Counted from the stretch's first letter, positions 8,294 to 18,270 are shown. The stretch is DNA of 64,000 bases from an uncultured Candidatus Micrarchaeota archaeon (GCA_963760615.1 CAVXDX010000003.1:32001-96000); one strand, 5' to 3'. Notes: a model not told the origin generated them from the letters alone. Numbers and translations are program-made.

Positions 8294-9283
8294 ATGGCAT
8301 CAGCTCCTGGTAGTCTGAAGCTTTTCGGGGAGCATGCAGTCGTCTACAACAGGCTGGGTCTCTCAGCAGCTTTCAGCAAGAGGGCATTCTCTGAAATAAA
8401 AAAGGCAGAGGACGGAATAGCTGTCAATCTACTCGATTTCGGAAAGAGGGAGAAATTCAGCTTCAAGGATATAACTTCCTCGCACCTAAAAATCAAGGAA
8501 ATGATCGGGAAGGGAGACATGGAAGGGCTCAGAAGGGAGAGGAAGGACATATTCTCTCCGTACAAGCTGATTCTTGGAGAGTTCTTCTCTGAGTTCGGCT
8601 TCTCTCCAGTTGAAATCTCAATACACTCAGAAGTGCCGCGCAACTCCGGGCTCGGCTCCAGCGCAGCAGTTTTCTGCTCCCTCGCAGGCGGGCTCAACAA
8701 CTTCTTCCAAACCGCGCTGAGCAAGAATCAAGTTGCAGAGCTAGCAAACCTCGGGGACAAGGTTGTCCATGGAAACCCCAGTGGGCTTGATGCCAGCACC
8801 TGCACCTTTGGAGGCTACATCTCCTTCAGGAGGAGCGAGGGAGTCAGGCTGCTGCAGATAAAAACAGAAGTCCCACTGCTTGTTGTGAATACAGGCTCTC
8901 AGAAGGATACCGGTGATATGATAAGCCGAGTTGCTGAAATGTACAAGAGCAAAAGAAAGAAGGTTGATGAAATCTTCGACAGGATGGAGGAAACTGCAGC
9001 TGAAGGCATAAAGGCTTTGAAAGAGTCAGATTTCCAAAAATTCGGGGAGAACATGAACATTGCGCAGAAATGCTTTGGCGAGCTAGGGCTGTCCACTCCA
9101 CAGATAGATGGAATAATCGATACTGCATTGAAAAATGGCGCTTTGGGGGCAAAGATAACTGGTGCAGGTGGAGGCGGTTGCATAACAATTCTCTCAAGAA
9201 AACCGAGAGAGTTGATTCCAATCTATAACAAGATGGGTTATGAATCTTTTGAGACAGTGCTTGGTGCCAAAGGAGTCGAATAA
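8294..9283 (+). CDS. mvk: mevalonate kinase (GHMP)
   Basis: APG-LKLFGEHAVVY, P-NSGLGSSAA, HGNPSGLD and GAKITGAGGGG motifs. Confidence 0.92.
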   Translation: MASAPGSLKLFGEHAVVYNRLGLSAAFSKRAFSEIKKAEDGIAVNLLDFGKREKFSFKDITSSHLKIKEMIGKGDMEGLRRERKDIFSPYKLILGEFFSEFGFSPVEISIHSEVPRNSGLGSSAAVFCSLAGGLNNFFQTALSKNQVAELANLGDKVVHGNPSGLDASTCTFGGYISFRRSEGVRLLQIKTEVPLLVVNTGSQKDTGDMISRVAEMYKSKRKKVDEIFDRMEETAAEGIKALKESDFQKFGENMNIAQKCFGELGLSTPQIDGIIDTALKNGALGAKITGAGGGGCITILSRKPRELIPIYNKMGYESFETVLGAKGVE

Positions 9284-9308
9284 TTAAATATGCGCAATTT
9301 GATGTATT

Positions 9309-11006
9309 ATGGGTGGAAAATTGGACGCTGAGAAGGTTGCATACAAATACGCGCTGAAGAATGCCTGCGAGTACGGCAGAGCCCAGCCCGGGGCAGTTGT
9401 GGGTAAGGTTATAGCTGAAGTCCCAGATGCAAAAAAGGACATGAAGGGCACAATGCAGCTCATAACAAATGTTGTCGAGAAAGTCAACAAAATGAAGAAG
9501 GAGCAGGTTGAGAAGGAGCTTTCCAAATTTACTTTTGAGGAGAAGAGGGAAGAGGAGAGAAAAATCACTCTTGAGGATGGAGAGAAGGGCAGGGTTGTCA
9601 CAAGATTCCTGCCCGAGCCGAACGGCTTCCTGCACCTGGGGCATGCCAAGGCTGCATTACTCTCATACGAGGCTGCCAGAGAATATGAAGGGAAATGCCT
9701 TCTGCGCTTCGATGACACAAATCCTGAGAAGGAGAGAGCAGAGTTTGTCAGCTCGATAAAAGAGGATTTGGGATGGCTTGGGATGAAGTTTGAGAAAGAG
9801 ATATACTCATCTGACAAGATGCCTGAGTTCTATAAATTTGCAAGGCAGCTCATCATGCAAGGAGATGCCTACATCTGCAACTGCGAGAAGGAGAAGGTGA
9901 ACGAGCTCAGGGCGAATGGCAAGGCGTGCGAGTGCAGGTCCAACGCAATTGAGAGCAGTCTGGATGCATGGGATGACATGCTTGCAGGCAAATGCAAGAA
10001 AGGGGATGCCATACTCAGGCTGATGGCAGAGCCTGATGCAGCCAATACAGTGATGCGCGACCCCACTCTTTTCAGAATAAACACCGCAGAGCACTACAGG
10101 CAGGGTAGGAAATATACTGTCTGGCCTACCTATGATTTTGAGGTGAGTATTGCAGACTCGCTTGATGGAGTGACGCATGCTTTGAGGAGCAAGGAGTATG
10201 AGCTGAGGGATGAGCTGTACTACAGGATAATAGAGAAGCTGGGGTTGAGGAAGCCCATTGTCTACGATTTCTCAAGGCTCACCCTGAAAGGCTTTCCTCT
10301 GAGCAAGAGGCTTCTGAAGCCTCTGATTGACGAGAAGAAAGTTTCTGGGTGGGATGACCCCAGAATGCCAACCATACAGGGTTTGAAGAGAAGAGGAATT
10401 CTGCCGGATGCAATAAGGAATTTCGTCCTCAGCTTTGGCTTGAGCAAGGTGGAGAGCGAGCCATCAATAGATGCGCTGCTCACCGAGAACAGGAAGCTGC
10501 TTGACCCGAAAGCTGCAAGGTATTTCTTTGTTGCCGAGCCTGTCGAACTTGTGGTTGATGGCGTGCCGAAAGGCGAGGTAAGGCTTAAAAAACACCCAAC
10601 TGAAAACCTCGGGGATAGGACTCTTGAAATAACCGGTAAGTTCTTCATAAGCAAATCCGATGCAGAGAAGCTGAAGAAGGGGGACAGCTTCCGACTGCTG
10701 GATTTTTGCAACGTCAAGCTCCTTGAGAAAGGTAAAATGCTCAAGGCTCAATTCACTGGCAACGAGGGCATGGAGGAGAAGAAGCTGCAGTGGGTGACAG
10801 ACAAACACGTTAAGGCGGAAGTGCTTGTTCCCTCGGAGCTGTTTATAAATGAAAAATTCAACAAGGAAAGCCTGAGAGTTGATGAGGGCTACTGTGAATC
10901 CGAATGCAAGAATCTGAAAAAAGGAGACATCATCCAGTTTGTCCGCTATGGCTTCTGCATACTTGACGATGAAAAAAAGATGCATTTCATCCTGACAAGC
11001 CAATGA
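9309..11006 (+). CDS. gltX: glutamyl-tRNA synthetase, archaeal type
   Basis: TRFLPEPNGFLHLGH, RFDDTNP, CNC/CEC zinc motif, WPTYDF, LSKR and WDDPRMPT motifs. Confidence 0.95.
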   Translation: MGGKLDAEKVAYKYALKNACEYGRAQPGAVVGKVIAEVPDAKKDMKGTMQLITNVVEKVNKMKKEQVEKELSKFTFEEKREEERKITLEDGEKGRVVTRFLPEPNGFLHLGHAKAALLSYEAAREYEGKCLLRFDDTNPEKERAEFVSSIKEDLGWLGMKFEKEIYSSDKMPEFYKFARQLIMQGDAYICNCEKEKVNELRANGKACECRSNAIESSLDAWDDMLAGKCKKGDAILRLMAEPDAANTVMRDPTLFRINTAEHYRQGRKYTVWPTYDFEVSIADSLDGVTHALRSKEYELRDELYYRIIEKLGLRKPIVYDFSRLTLKGFPLSKRLLKPLIDEKKVSGWDDPRMPTIQGLKRRGILPDAIRNFVLSFGLSKVESEPSIDALLTENRKLLDPKAARYFFVAEPVELVVDGVPKGEVRLKKHPTENLGDRTLEITGKFFISKSDAEKLKKGDSFRLLDFCNVKLLEKGKMLKAQFTGNEGMEEKKLQWVTDKHVKAEVLVPSELFINEKFNKESLRVDEGYCESECKNLKKGDIIQFVRYGFCILDDEKKMHFILTSQ

Positions 11007-11054
11007 ACCGATATATTCTAATACTCGGAACGGCATATTCTTTTGGTGGTTTTA

Positions 11055-13706
11055 ATGAACAAACTTGCTCTGCTGCTGGCAATTTTATTTGTCATCAACA
11101 TTGTCTCTGCCCTGCCCAACCCTGCTGCTGTTTACTGCACGCAGATGGGCTACACCTACAACATCATAAAAACACCCAAAGGTGAAAGTGGCCAGTGTGC
11201 GTTTCCTGATAACAGCAAGTGCGATGAGTGGGACTTCTTCAAGGGAAAGTGCGGAAATACTTACTCCTACTGCGTTAAAAACGGGTATGACATCAAAACA
11301 ATGAGTGATGGAAATAATTCTTATTCTCCTGAATATGCTGTCTGTGTTCCTAAAAAAAAGGGACAGGTGCAAATATCTGTTACTGATGTTTTAAAAAATA
11401 CAATGAATATCCGCGAAAATCTAACTATCAATGCTTCTGAAAATAAAACAATCTCCGTTAACAATCTAGTACCCAACACTGGTGGTGGAGGTATAAAAAT
11501 AAATATGATTACTTCTACAGGAACAGAAATATTTCAATCAGCCACTGGAATAGAAACTTGCTCAGACGCCTTTGAAGGCCAAACAATAACGCTTGCTTGC
11601 AGAAACGGTTATGTCATCACAAGAGTTTGGTACACACTATATCTTATCAATGAGAGCAGTACTACCTGCAACTACCCCTTTGCATCGAATCATGAGGATG
11701 GTTATGCGGATGGAAATGACTATCTAATTATAGGACATCAGAGGTCATGCACATATAATTATAATAGTAATTGTGTAGGCAGAAACTCATGCTCATTTAC
11801 AGCTAGCAATACCAATTGTGGCGGAGATCCGGACCCTAACAAGCCAAAAAGATTAGTTGCTATTTATGAATGTAGCTCTTCTCTTCTTCCTTCTACATTT
11901 GACTGGAGAAATGTCAATGCTTCCAACTGGATGACTCCTGTTAAAGATCAAGGAAAATGCGGGAGCTGTTGGGCATTTGCCGCTGTGGGAGCTGTGGAAG
12001 CACAGAAAAAAATAGAATATAACACTCCTACTACCAATTCAGACTTGTCTGAACAAGATCTTGTTTCTTGTAGCGGTCCCTATATTGGTGATTGTAACGG
12101 CGGATTTCCAGAATATGCATTAGATTATATGGAAGGACCTGGTGTGGTAGATGAGGCTTGTTTTCCTTATACTGGATGTAAAAACTATACATACGACAAT
12201 TCTACAAAATATTATAACTGTAATGAGGAATACGCCTGTGCCAGATGCTCTGGCTGGCAAAACAAACTGCAAAAAATTGGCGGATATAATGCTAGTCCAT
12301 ATCCTTATTATGTTGTTATTTCTGAAAATGACCCTAACATTAATTATACTTACAAAGGAATAGTACTCTTTTCTCCGAATCCAGAAAAGTATATATCAGA
12401 AAACGGCCCTGTGTTAGCATTAATTGATATGAGGAGTGGTCATTTTGTTAACGGAGTTTATACCGGGTGCGATTATAGCGGTTATGATCATGCAGTAGTG
12501 CTTGTAGGCTATAACCGTACAGGCAATTACTGGATAGCAAAAAACAGCTGGGGCAGCACTTGGAATGGTGATGGCTACTTTAAAATAGATTATAACGCCC
12601 AGGGTTCTTGCTGGCTCTTCCCGGTTTTTAATATTTATGCAAAACCTGATACTTGTGTAGACACTAATCCATACGCAAACACTCCAGGGTGGAGTGCGAC
12701 ACTAGTAAAGTCAAATATAAGTGGATTGCTGCATGAAGCTCCATATTTCTATTCTGATTACTGTCTTAATTCTACAACTGTAATAGATTATTGGTGTAAT
12801 TGGTACGCTTATGTGTTTTTCCCCGGACAACTTTCTATTGGCACGTCGACTTATGATTGTACATATCTTGGTTCCTTTTCTTGTTCAGATGGAGCATGCA
12901 GACCGCAACCTGCGGCAGCTCTCAAAGGAGGCCCAAATGGTCAGCTATACGTTCCAAACTTGACCGCCGGCCTAGCTCCCTATGAGTACCTTTCATACAA
13001 CTATTATCTCAAGGTAGATTTATGGTGCAACATGAGCGATACAAACTGCCAATCCGGGAAATGCGGTTGCACCCGTATGTGGTGCGACCAGGCAGGAGGT
13101 AAAAGCCCCTACCCAACAATAAAATTCTGGCCTGATGGGAACGTGGATGGGACAGACAGCATCCTCATAAACCGCAAGTTTGGAACATGGGAGGGAAGCA
13201 CAGGATGGGATTACATGGCAGACTGCGTTCTGGACAGGAATGTTGACGGAACGGATGGTATCACGGCAGCCAGAAATTTCGGGCAGGGTCCATTCAACTA
13301 TTCAACTGATTTGGCAAACATCAACGTATTATTCGATACTGGCGATGTCGGCTACCCGGATGCAAATGGCTACATAAAAATTCCTTCAGAATCAATGAAT
13401 TTAGGCCTAGCAGAGAACTTCACTGTCTACAACGGCTCCAAGCCTGTAATGGCGCTGGTGACATTCTACAACAGCTCAATCTTATACCAACTCGCACCTG
13501 CAACCAAACCAAGCACTCAAGTCCAGACAACAGCTCTTATGGCACCAACCGTTGAGATGCCGGTAGGAAACACATGGACGATGGCAGTGGTTCTCATAGC
13601 AATAATAGGCTTGGTAATTGGCTACTTCGTTGTAAGGGAAGCAATGTTCTCAACTGCAACAAGAAAATCAAAGAAGAAGCAGCTTAACAATCGGCCAAGA
13701 CCATAA
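11055..13706 (+). CDS. multidomain papain-family (C1A) cysteine protease: DUF333-like repeats, SUEL-type lectin-like domain, catalytic domain, dockerin-like repeat, C-terminal TM
   Basis: PNPAAVYC; CVGRNSCS...GDPDPNKPKRL-A-YEC; QGKCGSCWAF, DHAVVLVGY and WIAKNSWG catalytic motifs; duplicated D--VDGTD----R-FG; ATG at 11055 after GGTGG. Confidence 0.9.
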   Translation: MNKLALLLAILFVINIVSALPNPAAVYCTQMGYTYNIIKTPKGESGQCAFPDNSKCDEWDFFKGKCGNTYSYCVKNGYDIKTMSDGNNSYSPEYAVCVPKKKGQVQISVTDVLKNTMNIRENLTINASENKTISVNNLVPNTGGGGIKINMITSTGTEIFQSATGIETCSDAFEGQTITLACRNGYVITRVWYTLYLINESSTTCNYPFASNHEDGYADGNDYLIIGHQRSCTYNYNSNCVGRNSCSFTASNTNCGGDPDPNKPKRLVAIYECSSSLLPSTFDWRNVNASNWMTPVKDQGKCGSCWAFAAVGAVEAQKKIEYNTPTTNSDLSEQDLVSCSGPYIGDCNGGFPEYALDYMEGPGVVDEACFPYTGCKNYTYDNSTKYYNCNEEYACARCSGWQNKLQKIGGYNASPYPYYVVISENDPNINYTYKGIVLFSPNPEKYISENGPVLALIDMRSGHFVNGVYTGCDYSGYDHAVVLVGYNRTGNYWIAKNSWGSTWNGDGYFKIDYNAQGSCWLFPVFNIYAKPDTCVDTNPYANTPGWSATLVKSNISGLLHEAPYFYSDYCLNSTTVIDYWCNWYAYVFFPGQLSIGTSTYDCTYLGSFSCSDGACRPQPAAALKGGPNGQLYVPNLTAGLAPYEYLSYNYYLKVDLWCNMSDTNCQSGKCGCTRMWCDQAGGKSPYPTIKFWPDGNVDGTDSILINRKFGTWEGSTGWDYMADCVLDRNVDGTDGITAARNFGQGPFNYSTDLANINVLFDTGDVGYPDANGYIKIPSESMNLGLAENFTVYNGSKPVMALVTFYNSSILYQLAPATKPSTQVQTTALMAPTVEMPVGNTWTMAVVLIAIIGLVIGYFVVREAMFSTATRKSKKKQLNNRPRP

Positions 13707-13717
13707 GCCTTTGCTGC

Positions 13718-16156
13718 TCACCCTACCTTCTCCCTGCTTGCCTTACCAGAGAGCTCAAGCTCAACCTGTAAAGAGCCTTCCTTGCTTGCAGTAACCTTTC
13801 TCTGTTCACTCCTAAACCCCTTCTTTGAAACCTTGAGCTCGTACTCCTCTCCATCCATTGCATCAACATAGGCATTTCCAGCAATACCCGGCTCAAGCTT
13901 GCCGCTTACATAATTAATGCCATCCAGTGTCTCGCCAAAGCTCAGAGTAGTGCCGCAGAGCAACAGCTCCACATTTGCATTGGGAATTCCTCTTCCATCC
14001 TCCTTTGAAATCACCCTCACCTTCAACTTCACCTTACCCGGCATTGAAATTCCACTCTTTACCATGTACCTCTCAACCCTCTTCTCTATCTCCTTTTCGC
14101 TCAGGTTCTCATCCTCGTGATGGATGGTTTTTATAAAGAACGGGCCAACCTCAATCCTCTCGCCTTTCTCAATATGCACTGTTCTGCACGCAGCGACACC
14201 TGTGGGAAGAGAGAGTAGCTTGGCAGATGCGCCCATCCACAACTTCTCCTCACTTGGGTTGAACTTCAAGTCCTTCAATGCACTTTCAAGGGATTCTGAA
14301 TCCTGCTTGAAGTAGAAATGCGTTTGGGCGTGCCTCCTCACAACCTCGCTGAGCTGATCCGCAAAATGTGTTATGAGCATCATTCCCACTCCTCTCTTGC
14401 CAAACATGCCCAGCTTCCTCTCCAAATCTGCAGTTGCTGTTGCCTCAATATTCACTCCTTCCCTGCCCTGCCTCCTGAATATCATGTGCGCCTCCTCAAG
14501 GACAAGCAGGAAGCGCAGCTCCTTGTCGCCTTTCTCATCAAAGTTGCTCAGTACATAGCTGTACACCTGAGCAAGGATGAATGCATATAACAAAGCTCTC
14601 TCAAGCTCGCTGCAGCCGCTCAGGTCAAAAACAGCACCGTCTCTTATACAATCCTCAACTCTTATCCCTTCCTTCACTCGGAACTGCTCCTTGAGCATTA
14701 TCTGCCTGAGGTTCTCCAGAGAGGCACGGATGTTCTGCCCGAACTTTCCGAAGCTCTTTCCCTCCTCATTGGAGTAGAACTCCACAATAGAGGAGTGCAC
14801 TCCATCATAGATGTCAGTTATGCCTGGCTCTTTATTCCTTGCGTATAGTGAGGTGAATGAATTGAGCATGACATTCCTTATGGGGTTGGTGTAAGGGCCT
14901 GCTCCCATCGCATTTGCAAGCAGCAGCGCAAGGTTCTGGTAGAACTGCTCCTTTCTCACTCCACGAGGACACCTCACTAAGTTGAAGGGCACCCTCTCCG
15001 AAAGTTTTACCACAAGCATCTCCTTTCTTGCTCTGGCAAGCGAGGACCACTCGGAGCTTGGCGAGAAGACAATCACCCCAGCTCCTTCGCTTGCGGCATG
15101 CCTTGCGATGTTCTTGGCAAGAAGAGTCTTGCCCATTCTCTGCTGCCCAACAATCAGCATGTTGGTGTTATAGCTCATCTTATCTAGGTACAGTTTTCTA
15201 TGCTTCTTCACCCCTTTCAGAAGCTCCTCCCCCACTTCGATGCTTGCTCCTCCCCCTGAGAGGAACTCCCTGGGAACCTCGCCTATGTCAAGGGCTGTTT
15301 CCTCCCTAGCAAACTCCGGAGCAAAATTAACAAATAGAGAGGCATACTCGCCGCTCAGTATCTCCCCTCCTGCAACTGGCATGCAGCTCTTGAGCTCATC
15401 ACTTGCCTTGACCCTTTCGTAAATGCCCCAGTACTTCCCCCTCAGATGCTGCCTGAGGAGCTCCGCCTTCTCCCCCCACCCAATAAGGCTAACGCTGTAT
15501 ACCGCATCGCTGTGCAGCAATGCATTATTACACATGGCGAGCAGCTCTGCTGCAACCATGGCAACATCTGTTTCCTCATAGTTGGTCCTCTCGCTGAAAT
15601 GACTGCGCTGCATCCCCTCATAGCCCTGGAGTGAAACGCCTTCCCTGCTGACAGGAGTCAGTTTGCTGAGCTCCTTCTCCCACTGTCTCTTCACCTCGTT
15701 AAGTGCCTCCCTCTTCTCTGGGACAAAGGAGACGAGCATGTAGCAGTCGCTATCCCTGAAAGCCATAGGCAGGTCAGCAAGCAGGCTCTTCTCCGCCTTC
15801 ATTGGATCCTCTCTGTGCGTTGCGAATGGCTCATGGACTGTTGCCGTCTGCTTGAATGGAATTCCGTCATAGCGGAAGGAATTCTTGAACTCGCCAAAGG
15901 TTACTCCATCCTCCAACTTTCTGAACTCCAAGCCTGCCACGCTCGCAGCTATGGACTCAACAAGCCCTTCAGGGAAATCAACTGTTATAAGCAACAGTCT
16001 CATTTTTTTGAAATCATAGAGAATTGAGAAAGCCAGCCCCTTCAGCTTCTTAATAAAAAGTGAGTGGTTGTCAAACTCCTCGCTGGGTATGCTTTTGAGT
16101 TCCCACACCTCGCACTTGCTGCCCCTCCTTAATAAAAAGCCCAATCTCCCAAACAC
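13718..16156 (-). CDS. HerA/FtsK/VirB4-superfamily ATPase (DUF87-like) with a C-terminal beta-sandwich (carboxypeptidase-regulatory/PEGA-like)
   Basis: Walker A GQQRMGKT, Walker B LVLEEAH, ITHF--Q motif; C-terminal IPNANVEL...YELKVSKKGFRS. Confidence 0.8.
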   Translation of the reverse strand: MFGRLGFLLRRGSKCEVWELKSIPSEEFDNHSLFIKKLKGLAFSILYDFKKMRLLLITVDFPEGLVESIAASVAGLEFRKLEDGVTFGEFKNSFRYDGIPFKQTATVHEPFATHREDPMKAEKSLLADLPMAFRDSDCYMLVSFVPEKREALNEVKRQWEKELSKLTPVSREGVSLQGYEGMQRSHFSERTNYEETDVAMVAAELLAMCNNALLHSDAVYSVSLIGWGEKAELLRQHLRGKYWGIYERVKASDELKSCMPVAGGEILSGEYASLFVNFAPEFAREETALDIGEVPREFLSGGGASIEVGEELLKGVKKHRKLYLDKMSYNTNMLIVGQQRMGKTLLAKNIARHAASEGAGVIVFSPSSEWSSLARARKEMLVVKLSERVPFNLVRCPRGVRKEQFYQNLALLLANAMGAGPYTNPIRNVMLNSFTSLYARNKEPGITDIYDGVHSSIVEFYSNEEGKSFGKFGQNIRASLENLRQIMLKEQFRVKEGIRVEDCIRDGAVFDLSGCSELERALLYAFILAQVYSYVLSNFDEKGDKELRFLLVLEEAHMIFRRQGREGVNIEATATADLERKLGMFGKRGVGMMLITHFADQLSEVVRRHAQTHFYFKQDSESLESALKDLKFNPSEEKLWMGASAKLLSLPTGVAACRTVHIEKGERIEVGPFFIKTIHHEDENLSEKEIEKRVERYMVKSGISMPGKVKLKVRVISKEDGRGIPNANVELLLCGTTLSFGETLDGINYVSGKLEPGIAGNAYVDAMDGEEYELKVSKKGFRSEQRKVTASKEGSLQVELELSGKASREKVG

Positions 16157-16263
16157 AGCTCCACCACCCAGTAAATATTTAGGAAAAAGGATATTTAATT
16201 ATGTCTGTCCAGAACCAGCCGTGCTATCTCTTCCTGCCTTATACAACATCAGCTTTACATATA

Positions 16264-16962
16264 CTATTTTGTTATGTAAAGCTTCCCATCCTTCACTTCA
16301 AGGGCAACCTCATCCCCTTTCTCAAGCTTTCCCCTCATGCTCTCGGGTATACGGATCCAAAAGCGAGCCCCACCCTCTCTCTCAAATTTCGTAATTTTTG
16401 CGATATTGCGCGTCCCTCCCACTTCCAGCCAGAGTGATTTATTGAGCCCGTCATCCTCGAATGTCCAGAACCCATACTGCCCCGGCTCAAGATGCGCTTT
16501 CTCAGTTATTTCTGCTGGAATCTTGGTCCCTGCCACGATACCTCTTTCGCCAATCCACTGGATTTTCCTTGCGTACGGCCCAGCCCCCTCGGATTTCCTG
16601 ACTGACAGCCGCCCTCCCTCCTCCTCCTTCCACCGCGCATAGTCGCCAACCTTCAGCCCGCCGGCAAGCAACATATTCGCGGGAATCCCAACTATCAACG
16701 AAGCATATTGTGGTGAGGTACGGCTAAGCCGAATTTTCATCGGCATTTCTGTTTCCTTGAGAGGAGCCAGCGTCAAAGAGTTCCCCTCCCAGTTAAGCTT
16801 GCATGACATTCCGCCTTCCAACCCCATAAAACTGGCTATCCTTACGGGAATAGTTATGGACCACTCATCTGTGATTTTCCCAAAATGAGATTCTTCACCC
16901 ATCATGCGCCTGAAGAACTCCCACCCTCTATCCCCCATCTCGCCCTCAAGCGTCTTATGCAT
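16264..16962 (-). CDS. protein with four tandem AbrB/MazE-type swapped-hairpin modules
   Basis: four repeats of the I-IP------GL--G----W pattern. Confidence 0.65.
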   Translation of the reverse strand: MHKTLEGEMGDRGWEFFRRMMGEESHFGKITDEWSITIPVRIASFMGLEGGMSCKLNWEGNSLTLAPLKETEMPMKIRLSRTSPQYASLIVGIPANMLLAGGLKVGDYARWKEEEGGRLSVRKSEGAGPYARKIQWIGERGIVAGTKIPAEITEKAHLEPGQYGFWTFEDDGLNKSLWLEVGGTRNIAKITKFEREGGARFWIRIPESMRGKLEKGDEVALEVKDGKLYITK

Positions 16963-17010
16963 ACTTAAATTAGCTCATTTTCAATATTTAAGCTTGCTTT
17001 GACTCGAGAG

Positions 17011-17592
17011 CTACTTCCCCAGGAGCTTTGATACTTTCCTCCTCACCCACTCGGGGCATCTTTTCAGATATCGGCCCATCTTCTCCTCATCCATCCTCCT
17101 CTTAATTTCCCTGAGGGTTGACTCATCAAGCGGCTCATTGAAATACGCGAAGTCCACCAGCGTCTTCTCGACATCGGAAACCGATATCCATACATCATGA
17201 TACCTGATGCTCTCAAACCCGAAGAACATGCCTCTTCCTATCCTCCTGACAAGAACATTGCCGCCGAGCATCGTTCTCATCCCGCTCCGCACCCTCCGAG
17301 GGGTTATGATTATGGTGTTCGTCTCCTGCTCCCATAGGTTATGCAGGGAGAGCGCATCCTGCAGCCCGTGATAGGAGGGAGAAAATGCAAAGCCAGCGAG
17401 CATCGGGTCCTCCCTGAAGGTGTAGACTCCTCTCTTCAATTTCTTTATTCTCCCGCTCCTGAGCAGGTTCGTTATGAGCATGTAGACATATCCCTGGCTG
17501 GCGCCGCGCGCTGTCAGGAAAAGCCTCGCATCGGAAATCGTGAATACCGGAAAGGAGGAGAAATGTTCAATGAGATTTTTCATGTATTTCAT
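17011..17592 (-). CDS. type IV toxin-antitoxin antitoxin AbiEi-like (wHTH)
   Basis: F-VFT--DA, G-IKKLKRGVY, SY-GL--ALS-HNL and SDVEKTLVD motifs; overlaps the toxin gene. Confidence 0.85.
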   Translation of the reverse strand: MKYMKNLIEHFSSFPVFTISDARLFLTARGASQGYVYMLITNLLRSGRIKKLKRGVYTFREDPMLAGFAFSPSYHGLQDALSLHNLWEQETNTIIITPRRVRSGMRTMLGGNVLVRRIGRGMFFGFESIRYHDVWISVSDVEKTLVDFAYFNEPLDESTLREIKRRMDEEKMGRYLKRCPEWVRRKVSKLLGK

Positions 17593-18230
17593 TGGGAAAA
17601 CCTCGAGGAAAGAACTTCGACCATCTGCCTGAATGAGGGCGCAACCCCACTGTATACGACTGCTCTGAGGTTCTTCTCGTCAAGAGGCGGCGTCATTCTC
17701 TGCAGGAATTCCCTCATGCCCAGCACATTTGCAGCATGCCTGCTCAGGTGGTATATGTCGTAAATGTCCCTGATAAGCCTCCTCCCCCTGTAGGCTGCCA
17801 TCTTCTCTTCAATGAGGGCTTCAGGGGAGAGTGTGTAAATATCCATTCTGCTCCCGTCGACCTTCTCGTACTCGCCAACAACTTTTTCAACTCTCTTTCT
17901 GATGTTTATCTCAAGCCTGACCTCAACCGAGCCGTTTGAAACCTTTGTGAAGACCAGGTTTGCAGTCTGCTTGTATTTTGTCACCTCAAGGCTTCTTGCT
18001 GCTGCTTCCCTTAAGAACAGCTCCCTGAAACCCTTCCCTGTATTTGCATAGAAATCCAAATCCTCCGAGAACCTGTTCCCCTGGTAGCACCTCCAGATTG
18101 CGGTTCCGCCATGGAGCACCGGCTTTTCCTGCTGGAATGCGCCGTACAGCATCTCCACCAGCTCATCCTGCAGCAGGGCGACCTCCCGGTGGGTTCTCTT
18201 CCTGAGCCTTTTCGAGAGCGGTATTTCCAT
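17589..18230 (-). CDS. AbiEii/AbiGii nucleotidyltransferase toxin
   Basis: LHGGTAIWRCY--NRFSEDLDF, EK--A and RDIYDIY motifs. Confidence 0.9.
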   Translation of the reverse strand: MEIPLSKRLRKRTHREVALLQDELVEMLYGAFQQEKPVLHGGTAIWRCYQGNRFSEDLDFYANTGKGFRELFLREAAARSLEVTKYKQTANLVFTKVSNGSVEVRLEINIRKRVEKVVGEYEKVDGSRMDIYTLSPEALIEEKMAAYRGRRLIRDIYDIYHLSRHAANVLGMREFLQRMTPPLDEKNLRAVVYSGVAPSFRQMVEVLSSRFSQ

Positions 18231-18250
18231 GTTTTATATTAATGAACGTA

Positions 18251-18270
18251 ACATATAAAAAAGTATATGT
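18251..18270. promoter_or_regulatory. inverted repeat ACATATA-N6-TATATGT, candidate AbiEi operator
   Basis: perfect 7-bp arms 21-40 nt upstream of the TA operon start. Confidence 0.5.

Noticed and set aside
13718-16156. Conjugation system (VirB4/T4SS)
   Set aside because: No relaxase, coupling protein, VirB6-like membrane genes or integrase nearby.
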